Assembly (NCBI GenBank): GCA_965246755.1
Contig: OZ251979.1
Coordinates: forward strand, 385,970-449,969
Source: Alphaproteobacteria bacterium
GTDB lineage: Bacteria > Pseudomonadota > Alphaproteobacteria > UBA11073
DNA: 64,000 bases
Reading direction: 5' to 3'
A program made the position numbers and the translations under genes. The notes beneath the pieces are model-generated. The model worked only from the letters and a program-made list of their open reading frames with translations, was not told the origin of the DNA and did not search any database. Shown piece after piece: positions 53,707 through 63,999 of the stretch (positions are counted from its first letter, which is position 1; each line of letters opens with the position of its first letter).

Positions 53707-54744
53707 CTAACGCAAAATTTTCTCAATATCGTTGCACCAGGCATGACCCAGTTCGCATACCACACCGGGCAAATAGTCTTTGCCCGCCAGGCCATAGTAA
53801 ATCTTGCGCAGTTGCTGAACGGGGGTGCCGTCGCCAATATCGATAGCTTCAAGATCGGTGACAAACTGCGTAGTTTTTTCCATACCCAGCATTTCGTCTT
53901 TCAAATTTGTCCACAGGTTTTGCAGATTACGTTCCTGCCAGACAAACGGTTTACCAAAGTGCACACCGTAACCATGTGCCTGCATAATCCGCTGCGTAAT
54001 ATAGGCCGCCCAAATATCGTCATAACGCCCCACCCCGCACAGCACCATCATCAACGGCGCGAATTTGCGCAGAAAGGCGGTGTTTTGGGAATTGAAAACC
54101 GTCCAGGTGCCGGGCGGCACGAACACGCCATAGTTAATAAGTGAATTGAATTCGTACACCATCGGCGCGTTGGTGATACGTTGCATGGCATCAATATCGG
54201 GGTCGCCATACCACAGGCCGGCCGCAAGGCCGATCTTGCCGTCCGTAATTGATTGCATGCCCACGCCCAGATCAATGTGCCGTTTAGGATATGGAAAACC
54301 GCGGTGATAAATTTTTGGCGTCGCCGTATGGCCGATGTCATACCAGCCGATTTTGGAGGTGACGCCCAGCCCGCTGAACGACGCAGCAAACAGTTTGCGA
54401 AAATCTTCAAAATAATTGGGATCAGCCGGCAAGTTGTCATCATCGATGGTGACAATAATGTCCGCGCCGCTTTTAATCGCTTCCAGCAGCGCGAAATTAC
54501 GGCGCATGATTTTATTCCAGCCGATGATGGGTGAAGATTCATAGCCAGCGGCTTCCTGTTGCTCCGGGCTGTAATAAAAAGCATTCGGTACGTCCTTTAA
54601 AAACGCACGTACCTCATCATGCGGGGTTTTCTTGTCACCGGCGATATAAAAGGCGATGTCGGCGCCAAAACTGCGGTACAGTTTTAAAACTTTTGGTACA
54701 TAAATCGTGGTGGTGATAAGCGCGATTTTGGGGGACATGATCAT
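53707..54744 (-). CDS. STELLO/DUF288-like glycosyltransferase
   Basis: IAGDKKTP and RRNFALLEAIKSGADIIVTIDDDN match DUF288 motifs from memory. The start is set at MIMSPKIALITT; the longer ORF overlaps the divergent gene. Confidence 0.5.
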   Translation of the reverse strand: MIMSPKIALITTTIYVPKVLKLYRSFGADIAFYIAGDKKTPHDEVRAFLKDVPNAFYYSPEQQEAAGYESSPIIGWNKIMRRNFALLEAIKSGADIIVTIDDDNLPADPNYFEDFRKLFAASFSGLGVTSKIGWYDIGHTATPKIYHRGFPYPKRHIDLGVGMQSITDGKIGLAAGLWYGDPDIDAMQRITNAPMVYEFNSLINYGVFVPPGTWTVFNSQNTAFLRKFAPLMMVLCGVGRYDDIWAAYITQRIMQAHGYGVHFGKPFVWQERNLQNLWTNLKDEMLGMEKTTQFVTDLEAIDIGDGTPVQQLRKIYYGLAGKDYLPGVVCELGHAWCNDIEKILR

Positions 54745-54874
54745 CACAATGTTAAAGATTCGGGTCCATGATACGCGGTGCGTAAAGCAAGTAAAGCCGC
54801 AGCCAGCTTCAACGGCTGTTGCATTGACCTGTCTTGAGTCCCTTCGTACCATTCCGTTGGTAAAGGATGTCACA

Positions 54875-55765
54875 ATGAAACTGCCGCGCCTCGATATTGA
54901 AGATCCCGTTGAACGGTTACGCATTGCACTGTGTTGCCGTGACGCGGATTTAATCCAGCGGGTGCCGGCCGCCGGCCAATATGCCGAGGTGGACGGCATT
55001 CCCGTGCAAATCATGCATAATGGCATGGTCGTGCGGCGCGATGCGTATTTCGGCCCCTATGTCAGCAGCATGATTCATTATTTGAAGGGCGTGCACGACC
55101 CCCAGGAAGAAAAATGCTTTGCGGAAATTTTGCCCTATGTTCCAGCTGGCGGCACCATGCTGGAACTGGGTTGCTTTTGGGCTTATTATTCATTGTGGTT
55201 TAATAAAACAATTCCCGATGCGCAAAACCACCTGGTGGAAATGAACCCGCCATATCTGGAAGTGGGCATGACGAATTTTGCGCTAAATGGCGCGCGCGGT
55301 TTTTTCACCAATGCGGGTCTTGCCGGTGGTGATGCCGATAGCGCGGAATTTGCAACCGTCGGCGACCAGATTTTGTGCAAGGCCAACGGCCGCTTTATTC
55401 CCACCATTACCGTAGATGGTTACATGCGTGATCATAATCTGCAGCATATCGATCTGTTGCATTGTGATGCGCAAGGCGCGGAATATGACATGTTGGCTGG
55501 GGCGGCCAATGCGCTCACGGCCCGCCAGATCAGTTACCTGTTTGTCAGCACGCATGTCACTGATGAATGTCGCGCTCATAACAACATTAATTTGCATCAT
55601 GAAAAATGCCTGGCGCGACTGCGCGATGACTATGGTTATCACATCCTTGCCGAACATAACTTGGAGGATACATATTCCGGAGACGGCTTGATTGTCGCCA
55701 AGGCGCCAAATGCCCTGGGTCCCGATCAGATTGAAATCTCCCGCCGCCGCGATAGCGTATTTTAA
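54875..55765 (+). CDS. FkbM-family SAM-dependent methyltransferase
   Basis: MLELGCFWAYYSLWF...VEMNP...IDLLHCDAQGAEYDML pattern. The start is set at MKLPRLDIEDP. Confidence 0.6.
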   Translation: MKLPRLDIEDPVERLRIALCCRDADLIQRVPAAGQYAEVDGIPVQIMHNGMVVRRDAYFGPYVSSMIHYLKGVHDPQEEKCFAEILPYVPAGGTMLELGCFWAYYSLWFNKTIPDAQNHLVEMNPPYLEVGMTNFALNGARGFFTNAGLAGGDADSAEFATVGDQILCKANGRFIPTITVDGYMRDHNLQHIDLLHCDAQGAEYDMLAGAANALTARQISYLFVSTHVTDECRAHNNINLHHEKCLARLRDDYGYHILAEHNLEDTYSGDGLIVAKAPNALGPDQIEISRRRDSVF

Positions 55766-55783
55766 AAGCAGCAATATTTTAGC

Positions 55784-55981
55784 TTATTTTTTGCCAGCCA
55801 GCATCGCCAGCGCAAACAGCACCAGCGCCGCCGCCTGCAACATCACCCGCGCGCGCATAAATTTATTGCCATGCTGGCGGTTGAATTCACCGCCGCGCGT
55901 CATGGCATACAGTCCCAGGCCCAGCGACCCAACGACGGCCAGCATGGCGATGATCATTAAGACAATTAAAATCCCACTCAT
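55784..55981 (-). CDS. HIG1-domain twin-transmembrane small protein
   Basis: Two TM helices joined by TRGGEFNRQHGNKFMRARV, which is the HIG_1_N pattern. Confidence 0.7.
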   Translation of the reverse strand: MSGILIVLMIIAMLAVVGSLGLGLYAMTRGGEFNRQHGNKFMRARVMLQAAALVLFALAMLAGKK

Positions 55982-56028
55982 GCACATATTATACGCTGCG
56001 CCGCGCGGCTTGTCATTTATGTTTCGGC

Positions 56029-56697
56029 ATGCGACACACGGGCATGACCTTATCCGCGGTTGAATATGCCCCTAAAAACAAAAGCAATCCCCGCCAGCTG
56101 GTGGTGTTTTTACACGGCCTAGGCGCCGATGGGCGCGACCTTATTAATCTGGCGCCCTATTTTGCCCGTGCTTTACCAGAGGCCAAGTTTTTCGCGCCGA
56201 ATGCGCCATCGGCATGTGATATGGCGCCCATGGGTTACCAATGGTTTTCGCTGCAGGACCGGACGCCTGAGGTGCTATGGCCGCTGATTGTCAGCGCCGC
56301 GCCGGTTTTGAATAATTATCTGGACGGGCTGCTCAAACAGCATGGTTTGGCGGATAAGGATTTGGCGCTGATCGGTTTTTCCCAGGGCACGATGATGGCG
56401 CTGCATACCGTGCTACGCCGCCCGCAGGCAATTGCTGGTATCGTCGGCTTCTCGGGCGCGCTATTGGGTGGCCAATATCTGGTTGCTGAGGCCACCGCCA
56501 AGCCGCCGGTACTATTGGTGCATGGTGAGGATGATACCATCGTCCCTTTTGCAGCAATGAAACAAGCTGCGGGCAGCTTGGCCAATGCCGGCATCAAGGT
56601 GCAAACGCTGGCGCGCCCGCGTCTACCGCATTCAATTGACGAAGCGGGGATTGAAGCAGCGGTGCAGTTTCTCGCCAGCTGTTTCCAGCTGGCATAG
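56029..56697 (+). CDS. Alpha/beta hydrolase (phospholipase/carboxylesterase family)
   Basis: VVFLHGLGADG, nucleophile elbow GFSQGTMMA, and VHGEDDTIVP. Confidence 0.85.
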   Translation: MRHTGMTLSAVEYAPKNKSNPRQLVVFLHGLGADGRDLINLAPYFARALPEAKFFAPNAPSACDMAPMGYQWFSLQDRTPEVLWPLIVSAAPVLNNYLDGLLKQHGLADKDLALIGFSQGTMMALHTVLRRPQAIAGIVGFSGALLGGQYLVAEATAKPPVLLVHGEDDTIVPFAAMKQAAGSLANAGIKVQTLARPRLPHSIDEAGIEAAVQFLASCFQLA

Positions 56698-56741
56698 GTT
56701 TAACGGCAGAATCGCGGTAAAGTCTTGCCAACGCGAAGGAG

Positions 56742-57305
56742 ATGCGCTTGCCGCCAGCCGATGCCTGCCAAGCTTTGGTATTGAATGCCGATTACCGGCC
56801 GCTGTCGTATTTTCCCCTATCGGTCTGGTCGTGGCAGGACAGTATCAAGGCAGTGTTTCTAGACCGCGTTTCCATCGTGTCGGAATATGACACCATCGTG
56901 CGCTCGGCGCGCCGCGCGATGCGGCTGCCGTCCGTTATTGCACTCAAGGATTATGTAGCTGGGGAACGCAAACCGGCCTTTACGCGTTTCAATGTGTTCC
57001 TGCGCGACCGTTTCACCTGCCAATATTGCGGTGTTACGTTCCCGACGCCAGATCTCACCTTCGACCATGTCGTGCCGCGCGCCAAAGGCGGGCGCACCAG
57101 CTGGGCCAATGTCGTCACCGCCTGCGGCTGCTGCAACCTGCGTAAAGGCGCGCAGGATTTGCACCGCTGCGGGCTTAGGTTGCGCACCCCGCCGCGCCAG
57201 CCGTCGAGCTTTGAACTCCAGGCCAATGGCCGCGCCTTCCCGCCGCATTTTCTACACCAAAGCTGGCGCGATTACCTGTATTGGGATAGCCCGCTCGAGA
57301 ATTAA
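56742..57305 (+). CDS. HNH endonuclease
   Basis: CQYCG...DHVVPRAKGG...NVVTACGCCNLRKG. Confidence 0.85.
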   Translation: MRLPPADACQALVLNADYRPLSYFPLSVWSWQDSIKAVFLDRVSIVSEYDTIVRSARRAMRLPSVIALKDYVAGERKPAFTRFNVFLRDRFTCQYCGVTFPTPDLTFDHVVPRAKGGRTSWANVVTACGCCNLRKGAQDLHRCGLRLRTPPRQPSSFELQANGRAFPPHFLHQSWRDYLYWDSPLEN

Positions 57306-57943
57306 ATCCTCTCACTTAACCAAATCGCCAGCTTACATCCCGTATTAATGGCTTTGTACAGGTGCGGGTAATGCCGCGCGGCTTCGGCATCATGCGCAAG
57401 GCCGATGTCGCGATGTTCCAACTCCTCAGCCTGAAATTTTTTGATTTTCTTTTTAAGGTCAGCTTCGCTGGTGGGCAGCTTGATCAACTGCTGCGCGTAA
57501 TGTTCGTCAATCGCCTCTTCCACCGCCACGGTACAGGCCATCGCCGCCTCACGCCCCATCAGCGCCGTGCCGGCACCCAATGCAAAACCGGCCACGCGCC
57601 AAATGGGGTGCAGCGCGGTGGGGCGGACTTGTCGTTCGACTAACTGGTTAGCAAAATAATTTAAATGCACCTCTTCCTGGTCAGCCATGTGACGCAGCGT
57701 ATCGCCAATCTCGCTATGGCCAAGTATCGCCAGTTGACCCTTGTAAATCTGCTGTGCGCCGAATTCCCCGGCGTGATTAACGCGGATCGAGCGCTCGATG
57801 TATTTGGCATCGTCAGCATCGCCTGGCAGGTTGGGCGGTAAACTGCGTGGCGGTTTGGGTGCCGCGGTTGTCGCTTTGGCTTTACCAATCGGCTGTTTAA
57901 GTTTTGAAGAATTTGTTTTTAAGTTTGCCACGTTGCGCTCCAT
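57302..57943 (-). CDS. coq7: Demethoxyubiquinone hydroxylase (Coq7 family)
   Basis: RVNHAGEFGAQQIYKGQ...EEVHL...AVEEAIDEHY...EELEH di-iron motifs. The called start overlaps the dsbB 3' end by 47 nt, so the start is uncertain. Confidence 0.85.
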   Translation of the reverse strand: MERNVANLKTNSSKLKQPIGKAKATTAAPKPPRSLPPNLPGDADDAKYIERSIRVNHAGEFGAQQIYKGQLAILGHSEIGDTLRHMADQEEVHLNYFANQLVERQVRPTALHPIWRVAGFALGAGTALMGREAAMACTVAVEEAIDEHYAQQLIKLPTSEADLKKKIKKFQAEELEHRDIGLAHDAEAARHYPHLYKAINTGCKLAIWLSERI

Positions 57944-58445
57944 AAACCGCGATAAAAGCCAATATCAGTGAGACGGCGGCATTCCACCCCGCCATGGTCA
58001 CGCCGAATAGCGACCAGGCAGGTTTATGACAGTCGCCCAATGGCGTGCCGCTCAGTTGCGTGTACAGCTCTTCCACATTTTGTGCGCCGAGAGTTGATGC
58101 CGTGCAGCTGCTGGCCTGATTCCACCAGCCTTGTTCAGTGCCGAGATGATAGACTGCCAGCCAGAAGCCAACGGTAAAGGCCAGCGCCATGATGTTTAAA
58201 ATAGTGCGCCACCCGCTGCCGTCACTGCGTGGCAGCTTGGGCGTGACAAGCCCACCGCGCCATAGTGTGGTCAGATGTAAAACCGCCAAAATACACACGA
58301 ACAAGTATGGCAACCGCTCATAGATGCATAAAATACATGGTGTCAGCCGCATGTAAAATTCCGCAAATAGCGCCAAGATTAGCGCCAGGAAGCTGGCAAA
58401 GCCTAATAAAGCGGGTACATCTTTGGTGGTGATGGGATGGCGCAT
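57897..58445 (-). CDS. dsbB: Disulfide bond formation protein B
   Basis: CILCIYERLPY active-site CxxC in TM1, a second periplasmic Cys pair, and four TM helices. Confidence 0.8.
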   Translation of the reverse strand: MRHPITTKDVPALLGFASFLALILALFAEFYMRLTPCILCIYERLPYLFVCILAVLHLTTLWRGGLVTPKLPRSDGSGWRTILNIMALAFTVGFWLAVYHLGTEQGWWNQASSCTASTLGAQNVEELYTQLSGTPLGDCHKPAWSLFGVTMAGWNAAVSLILAFIAVYGAQRGKLKNKFFKT

Positions 58446-58577
58446 CTTATCAATATAACTGCTATTACCGGTAAAATCTAATAGCTTTTACCGAAACATT
58501 TGACATCCGAATTTAAACTGATTATGCCATTTATTCTGATTTCAGACGTCAGGTTTCTGATTTCTATTTTCTGACCA

Positions 58578-58661
58578 GCCCCCGTGGTGGAATGGTAGAC
58601 GCGGTAGACTCAAAATCTATTGCCGCAAGGCGTGGGGGTTCAAGTCCCTCCGGGGGCACCA
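58578..58661 (+). tRNA. tRNA-Leu (anticodon CAA), encoded CCA
   Basis: Acceptor stem GCCCCCG/CGGGGGC, anticodon loop CUCAAAA, long variable arm, T-arm GGGGGTTCAAGTCCCTC, and terminal ACCA. Confidence 0.9.
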
Positions 58662-58823
58662 AACTTTGATTTTATAAGATTTGAAATCATCTAAAAAATC
58701 AATAAAATGATAGGAAACAAGGCAAATTAGGTTCCAAAAGGATTTAGCCTGATTTCTTGACATCCACGTTTTGTGGGGGCATATTTTAGATAATGTGCCC
58801 CCACCACTAAAGTTGTGCCCCCA

Positions 58824-60038
58824 ATGCCTAAAACTACCCCATTATCTCAGGTAAAATTAAAACAAGCTAAGCCTGCTGCTGTACCCTTCAAATTGTACGA
58901 TGGGGGCGGCCTGTACGTTGAAGTGCATCCAAATGGTAGCAAATACTGGCGCTTAAAATACCGTATTAACGGCAAAGAAAAGAAGCTGGCGTTGGGCGTG
59001 TTTCCCGAAGTAAGTTTGGCCGAAGCGCGTGACCGCCGTGATGATGCTCGACGGCTATTGCGCGATGGCATCGACCCTATGGCACAAAAACAAAGCAAAA
59101 AACGGGCAGCCATTTTAAATGCCGAAAACAACTTTGAGACGCTCGCCCGTGAATGGCATGACAAATACCGTCAACGGTGGACGCCAGACCATGCAGCACG
59201 CATTTTAGGGTCATTGGAAAGGGACGTGTTCCCATATGTTGGTAAACGCCCTATTGCTGAAATTGACACCCCGGAGGTCATAACCGTCTTGCGGCGGGTG
59301 GAAGACCGTGACGCGCTGGATGTTGCGAAGCGCATCCGTCAACGGATGGCAGCCGTCTTTGCCTATGCCAAACAAACTGGCCGGGTGCGGGATAATCCTG
59401 CACGTGATTTGGACGGCGTTATTAAAACTCGCAAGCAGCAACATCGCCTTGCCTTGAAGCAGGATGACCTGCCTGAATTTCTGGCTGCGCTCAAAAATTA
59501 TGGCGGCGACATTGTTACGCGACTGGCTTTGCAATTCATGTTGCTGACCTTTGTTCGTACCAAAGAATTATTAGGCGCTAAATGGACTGAAATTGATTGG
59601 AAATCCAAAATCTGGCGTATCCCTGCTGAACGCATGAAGGTACGCGAACCGCATATTGTGCCATTGTCTCCACAGGCTATTGCCATCTTAAAGCAAATCA
59701 AACCACTAACCGGCGACGATGATTATATTTTTGCCTCACGTACCGGTAAAACCCTGTCTACAGGCACAATGATTTATGCGGTGTATCGGATGGGCTTCCA
59801 CAGCCGCGCCACTGTGCATGGCCTCCGTGGAACTGCTAGCACCATCTTAAATGAGAATGGCTTTAATCCTGATGTCATCGAACGCCAACTTGCCCACCGT
59901 CCCGGTAATGAAGTTCGTGCAGCTTACAACCAAGCTGAATATCTACCAGAGCGTCACAAAATGATGAAATGGTGGGGAGATTATGTAGAGAAGGTTGCCT
60001 TGGCTAAAATACTCAAATTAACAAAGAAGGTAGCATAA
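58824..60038 (+). CDS. int: P4-type (DUF4102 arm-binding domain) tyrosine integrase
   Basis: KLYDGGGLYVEVHPNGSKYWRLKYRINGKEKKLALGVFPEVSLAEAR N-terminus, with HGLRGTAST...LAHRPGNEVRAAY catalytic residues. Confidence 0.9.
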   Translation: MPKTTPLSQVKLKQAKPAAVPFKLYDGGGLYVEVHPNGSKYWRLKYRINGKEKKLALGVFPEVSLAEARDRRDDARRLLRDGIDPMAQKQSKKRAAILNAENNFETLAREWHDKYRQRWTPDHAARILGSLERDVFPYVGKRPIAEIDTPEVITVLRRVEDRDALDVAKRIRQRMAAVFAYAKQTGRVRDNPARDLDGVIKTRKQQHRLALKQDDLPEFLAALKNYGGDIVTRLALQFMLLTFVRTKELLGAKWTEIDWKSKIWRIPAERMKVREPHIVPLSPQAIAILKQIKPLTGDDDYIFASRTGKTLSTGTMIYAVYRMGFHSRATVHGLRGTASTILNENGFNPDVIERQLAHRPGNEVRAAYNQAEYLPERHKMMKWWGDYVEKVALAKILKLTKKVA

Positions 60039-60679
60039 TGTTTGATGACCCAATGGATTATTGGCGGCTGTGCGATGATCTTTCCATTATACAAGCTGCA
60101 TTACTTATTACTGGAACAAACCCCTCCGATTGTCAGGAATACATAGAGACTACAAATGCTCAAGATCGTCCCTTGGGATATGATGCCGCATTTGCCGCAT
60201 TAACGCATGCTGTTAAAGAAGGTAAACTACCTGCAAATACCAAATATTCAGAAATAATACGTCATAAATATAGCTCCATTGGCCTTGCAATGCCTGAAAA
60301 CGCTATGAGCGAAGAACCTGATTGGCAACGGACAACAGTATCATTATCAGATTTAAAAATATGGCTTTCTGTGAGGGGCGTAAAATCAGGCTTCTTTTTT
60401 CCAGGTAAGGAAAATATCCCTGAATATTTGGATGTAAATAATGTTTTTCATGCTCCCAAACTCGCAGCCGCTATTAGTGCTTGGCAAGCGGTTACAAATG
60501 ATATGACACAGCTTGGAACGAAAACTCCTAAACAAGCAATTGAAATTTGGCTAAGGAAAAATGCTGATAAATTTGGCTTAACTAAGGATGATGGCAATCC
60601 TAATGAAACTGGAATTGATGAAATCGCAAAAATAGCCAATTGGAATACTAAAGGAGGGGCACCAAAAACGCCGGGTTAA
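60038..60679 (+). CDS. Hypothetical island protein
   Basis: 213 aa, AT-richer, with a TAATG overlap with the integrase stop. Confidence 0.5.
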   Translation: MFDDPMDYWRLCDDLSIIQAALLITGTNPSDCQEYIETTNAQDRPLGYDAAFAALTHAVKEGKLPANTKYSEIIRHKYSSIGLAMPENAMSEEPDWQRTTVSLSDLKIWLSVRGVKSGFFFPGKENIPEYLDVNNVFHAPKLAAAISAWQAVTNDMTQLGTKTPKQAIEIWLRKNADKFGLTKDDGNPNETGIDEIAKIANWNTKGGAPKTPG

Positions 60680-60879
60680 GCAAACCCGCCTACCCCTTTA
60701 AAAACCCTATATTCGTTAGATTTTGATAAATTCTGCACTTTTGGCTATCTTAGATATTACATAAGGGTAAGTATAGTTAGCATATTTAGCAGGGTAGGTT
60801 TTTTGAACCTGCCCATTTATTCAAACACCAAAAAATACTGTCTCAATGTTTCCAGAACAATTCTGGAAAGGACAGAAAT

Positions 60880-61080
60880 ATGCAACAACATCATGAGGGC
60901 AGAATTATCCGCCTGCGCGGCGTTATCGCCCTAACGGGTTTAAGTCGCAGCAGCATTTATGCGTTTGTAAAAGCCAATCGGTTTCCCAAGCCCATTCAGC
61001 TTGGCCTGCGCTGCGTTGGCTGGTTGGAAAAAGAGGTTGAGGCATGGATTAAAACCCGTGTTGAACAGAGCCGCTCTTAA
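60880..61080 (+). CDS. alpA: AlpA-family phage/island transcriptional regulator (excisionase-like)
   Basis: IIRLRGVIALTGLSRSSIYAFVKANRFPKPIQLGLRCVGWLEKEVEAWI. Confidence 0.85.
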   Translation: MQQHHEGRIIRLRGVIALTGLSRSSIYAFVKANRFPKPIQLGLRCVGWLEKEVEAWIKTRVEQSRS

Positions 61081-61518
61081 ATGAAAAAACGGCGTACCTA
61101 TAATCCGCGATTGGTAAAGGCTACCCAGTCCTATTATATCCAAGAAATTGCTGACCTCCTTGGGTTACATAAAAATGCGGTATTACGCTGGGTTAGGGAT
61201 AAGGGTCTGTCTGTCATAGACAACCAAAAGCCATATTTGGTGAATGGCAGTGACCTTATCATTTTTTTAAACACACAACAGAAATTACGCCGGTGTAAAT
61301 GCCAACCGGATGAATTTTATTGCTTGCGCTGTCATGCGCCGCGCCAGGCGCTAGTTGGCTCTATCACCCACAGTTTCATAACACCCACCAAACTACAAAT
61401 CCACGCAGTTTGCAGTTACTGCCAAGGACAGTTAAAGCGGATTGGCAATACGGCAACCCTAGCAATTTTCCAGCAGCGCTATGCTTTGCAGCATGAGGCA
61501 ACTATTGATGATGGATAA
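61081..61518 (+). CDS. HTH plus Cys4 zinc-ribbon protein
   Basis: YYIQEIADLLGLHKNAVLRWVRDKGL (HTH) and CKC...CLRCH...CSYCQG. Confidence 0.5.
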   Translation: MKKRRTYNPRLVKATQSYYIQEIADLLGLHKNAVLRWVRDKGLSVIDNQKPYLVNGSDLIIFLNTQQKLRRCKCQPDEFYCLRCHAPRQALVGSITHSFITPTKLQIHAVCSYCQGQLKRIGNTATLAIFQQRYALQHEATIDDG

Positions 61519-61769
61519 TCAAATTTACTTCTTAAAACCATCGTTTGGTTGCTCGGGAGAAGGGGAGCTAGAAGTCTATGGCTTTGACGTAAATAGACCG
61601 CTCCCATATCATTTTTATAACTCTAGGACAGTTTTCAAGGATGTCCTTTGCTTCTTCGTTACGAATGCCGAAACTACAACAAGCGCCTGCCGGTTAGTGC
61701 TGCAACTGCGGCGCATAATAGATAGCCATTATCCCTGTCTTAACTGTCGCTTGTTAAAGGAGATACAAG

Positions 61770-62846
61770 ATGCATAAATATAACCCCAAAAATGAGCGTA
61801 TAAAAAAAGCCTATTTCCGTCATTTGGCAGAAGCCTGTGGACGATCAGAATCGACTTTAGATAGTGTTCGTAAAGCCCTACATCGCTTTGAAAGCTATAC
61901 GGGTATGAAAGATTTGGCCACTTTCAATAAGGAGCAGGCCATCGGCTTTAAAAAACATTTGGAACGGCAAACCGGCCAGCGCAGCGGCCAGCCACTTGGG
62001 AAGGGAACCTTGCTATCCACTCTTAATGTTATGAAAGATTTTCTGCGTTGGCTGGTATGCCAACCGGGTTACAAATCACGCATTAAGGCCACGGATATTG
62101 ATTATCTTAGCTTGACCGATAAAGATGTCAGCATTGCTAAGGCGGGCAAATTGCGGGATTTTCCAACCCTAGAACAAATCCGGCAAACAACCTTATCCAT
62201 GCCCAATACGACCGATATTCAGCGGCGCAATCGTGCACTGATTGCTTTTACGATATTAAGCGGGGCGCGAGACAGTGCCATTGCATCGCTATCTTTGAAG
62301 CATTTTGATGAGGCCAAAAAGTTGTTGCGGCAAGAGCCGGACGCCGTGAATACCAAATTCAGTAAACGTATTGATACGTTTTTGTTCCCGGTAGGCAATG
62401 ATATTGAAGTCATTTTTCTGGAATGGGTCGCGGAATTAAAACAGGATAAACTGTATGGCAATGATGCCCCGCTGTTTCCGCGCACGAAATTAGGCCAAGA
62501 TGAAAATATGGCATTCATAGCTGATGGGCTGGAGCCTGTGCATTGGAAGACTGCCGCTCCTATTCGTAAAATATTTCGCGACGCCTTTGAAGCCGCTGGG
62601 TTGCCTTATTTCAACCCGCATGTGTTCCGTAACACCTTGACCGACTTGGGGCAGAAACGCTGTCAGACACCAGAGGAATTTAAGGCGTGGAGCCAAAACC
62701 TTGGTCATGAAAGCCCGCTGACCACCTTTACCAGTTACGGCAAGATTGACCCATATCGACAAGGTGAGCTGGTTAGAAACGTTGGTCAAAAAAATACACA
62801 ACAAGACATGCTGGAGGAACTTTTAAATATCGCACGCTCCCGCTAA
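61770..62846 (+). CDS. Second tyrosine recombinase / site-specific integrase
   Basis: ILSGARDSAIASL (Arg I), HVFRNTL (H-x-x-R), and LGHESPLTTFTSYG (His/Tyr). Confidence 0.75.
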   Translation: MHKYNPKNERIKKAYFRHLAEACGRSESTLDSVRKALHRFESYTGMKDLATFNKEQAIGFKKHLERQTGQRSGQPLGKGTLLSTLNVMKDFLRWLVCQPGYKSRIKATDIDYLSLTDKDVSIAKAGKLRDFPTLEQIRQTTLSMPNTTDIQRRNRALIAFTILSGARDSAIASLSLKHFDEAKKLLRQEPDAVNTKFSKRIDTFLFPVGNDIEVIFLEWVAELKQDKLYGNDAPLFPRTKLGQDENMAFIADGLEPVHWKTAAPIRKIFRDAFEAAGLPYFNPHVFRNTLTDLGQKRCQTPEEFKAWSQNLGHESPLTTFTSYGKIDPYRQGELVRNVGQKNTQQDMLEELLNIARSR

Positions 62847-63134
62847 AAGCGACTTGCTTTTGATAGTACCTGTACTATGTTGGATAAGTTGTTTGCCAAT
62901 GGTGGCAAATGATAGGGCGTTAGAACCTTTAGCTAAAGCGGCTGGCATTAGCCGTTACTTGGTGCATTTCATTTGATGAATTGCATCTTGGGATGTCGCA
63001 TCTCGGTCTTTGGCCGGGGCGCGGCAGTCATGTACAAGCCTCGGCTAAAAGCTGCTGGCCATTACTTTAGCAATGGTTCTAAACGTTCCCGGCTGCCAGA
63101 GCGATCTGGCGGCTTTAGATTTTCGGGGAAGACT

Positions 63135-63524
63135 ATGAAATTTTTGATAATATCTGCGATACTAGCAATAACATTAATGGGCCTATCAGCTTGTTCAACG
63201 ATTGTTGAGGGCAGGTCACAAGAGCTGGCCATTATTACAAATCCACCTAACGCATCTTGCCAAATGGTGCGTGAAGGTATTCCTATTGGAACAGTTAATC
63301 CCACGCCAGGCAGCCTATATGTAGAGAAAACTAAATACGATATCTTTGTTACATGTAAAAAAGCTGGATATGAAGATGCAACCTATCTTAACCATTCTGG
63401 TGCAGCCGGTGCGACGGTAGGCAACATTCTCCTCGGGGGTGGTATCGGATGGGCTGTCGACTCTGCGACTGGCGCCGATAATAAATATGACACGCCAATC
63501 AATCTAACTTTGTCAAAACAATAA
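63135..63524 (+). CDS. Lipoprotein
   Basis: MKFLIISAILAITLMGLSACS lipobox and a Gly-rich C-terminal segment GAAGATVGNILLGGGIGWAVD. Confidence 0.6.
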   Translation: MKFLIISAILAITLMGLSACSTIVEGRSQELAIITNPPNASCQMVREGIPIGTVNPTPGSLYVEKTKYDIFVTCKKAGYEDATYLNHSGAAGATVGNILLGGGIGWAVDSATGADNKYDTPINLTLSKQ

Positions 63525-63555
63525 ACATTCCACGTTCAACTTAAAAAGGACAGCT

Positions 63556-63999
63556 ATGCACCATATTGCAGCATTTTTATTAATTGTATCATTAGCAGCC
63601 TGTGCGTCGCCTTCTGGCGGGCGTTATGACGATACAAGCATGAGTTTATCTGACAAGAGTCTCGCGCAATTGATTATCTATCAGCCTGATATGTTTGGTA
63701 TGATGCGTTCGCCCAATGTTGAAGTTGATGGAAACGCGACTTGTGATTTGCCCGCTGGAAGTTTTATAAGCACTACCGCTATGCCAAATGGCAACACTAC
63801 CGTAAAAACTTCCCTGTGGGATACGCCGGGTACATCCCACCTATCGTTTGCTACACAACCTGGAAAACGATATTATGTCCGTGTGCAATTTGAGCGATCT
63901 ATAGGTCAGGCTTTTGGTCTAATTGGCTCTGTCATTGACAGTGCAACTAAAGATCATGACGGTCCATACATAATGACACTTGTTGATGAAGGCACCGCC
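63556..63999 (+). CDS. Lipoprotein, DUF2846-like (3' end outside the window)
   Basis: Hand translation from ATG 63556 gives MHHIAAFLLIVSLAACASPSGG...IIYQPDMFGMMRSPNVEVDGNATCDLPAGSF...GKRYYVRV, open to the window end. It is not in the ORF track because no stop is reached. Confidence 0.55.
   Translation, partial: MHHIAAFLLIVSLAACASPSGGRYDDTSMSLSDKSLAQLIIYQPDMFGMMRSPNVEVDGNATCDLPAGSFISTTAMPNGNTTVKTSLWDTPGTSHLSFATQPGKRYYVRVQFERSIGQAFGLIGSVIDSATKDHDGPYIMTLVDEGTA

Noticed and set aside
61481-61777. 98-aa ORF bridging the HTH/zinc-ribbon gene and the second recombinase
   Set aside because: It overlaps both neighbours at its ends, has no motif support and has an odd composition. It is treated as intergenic.
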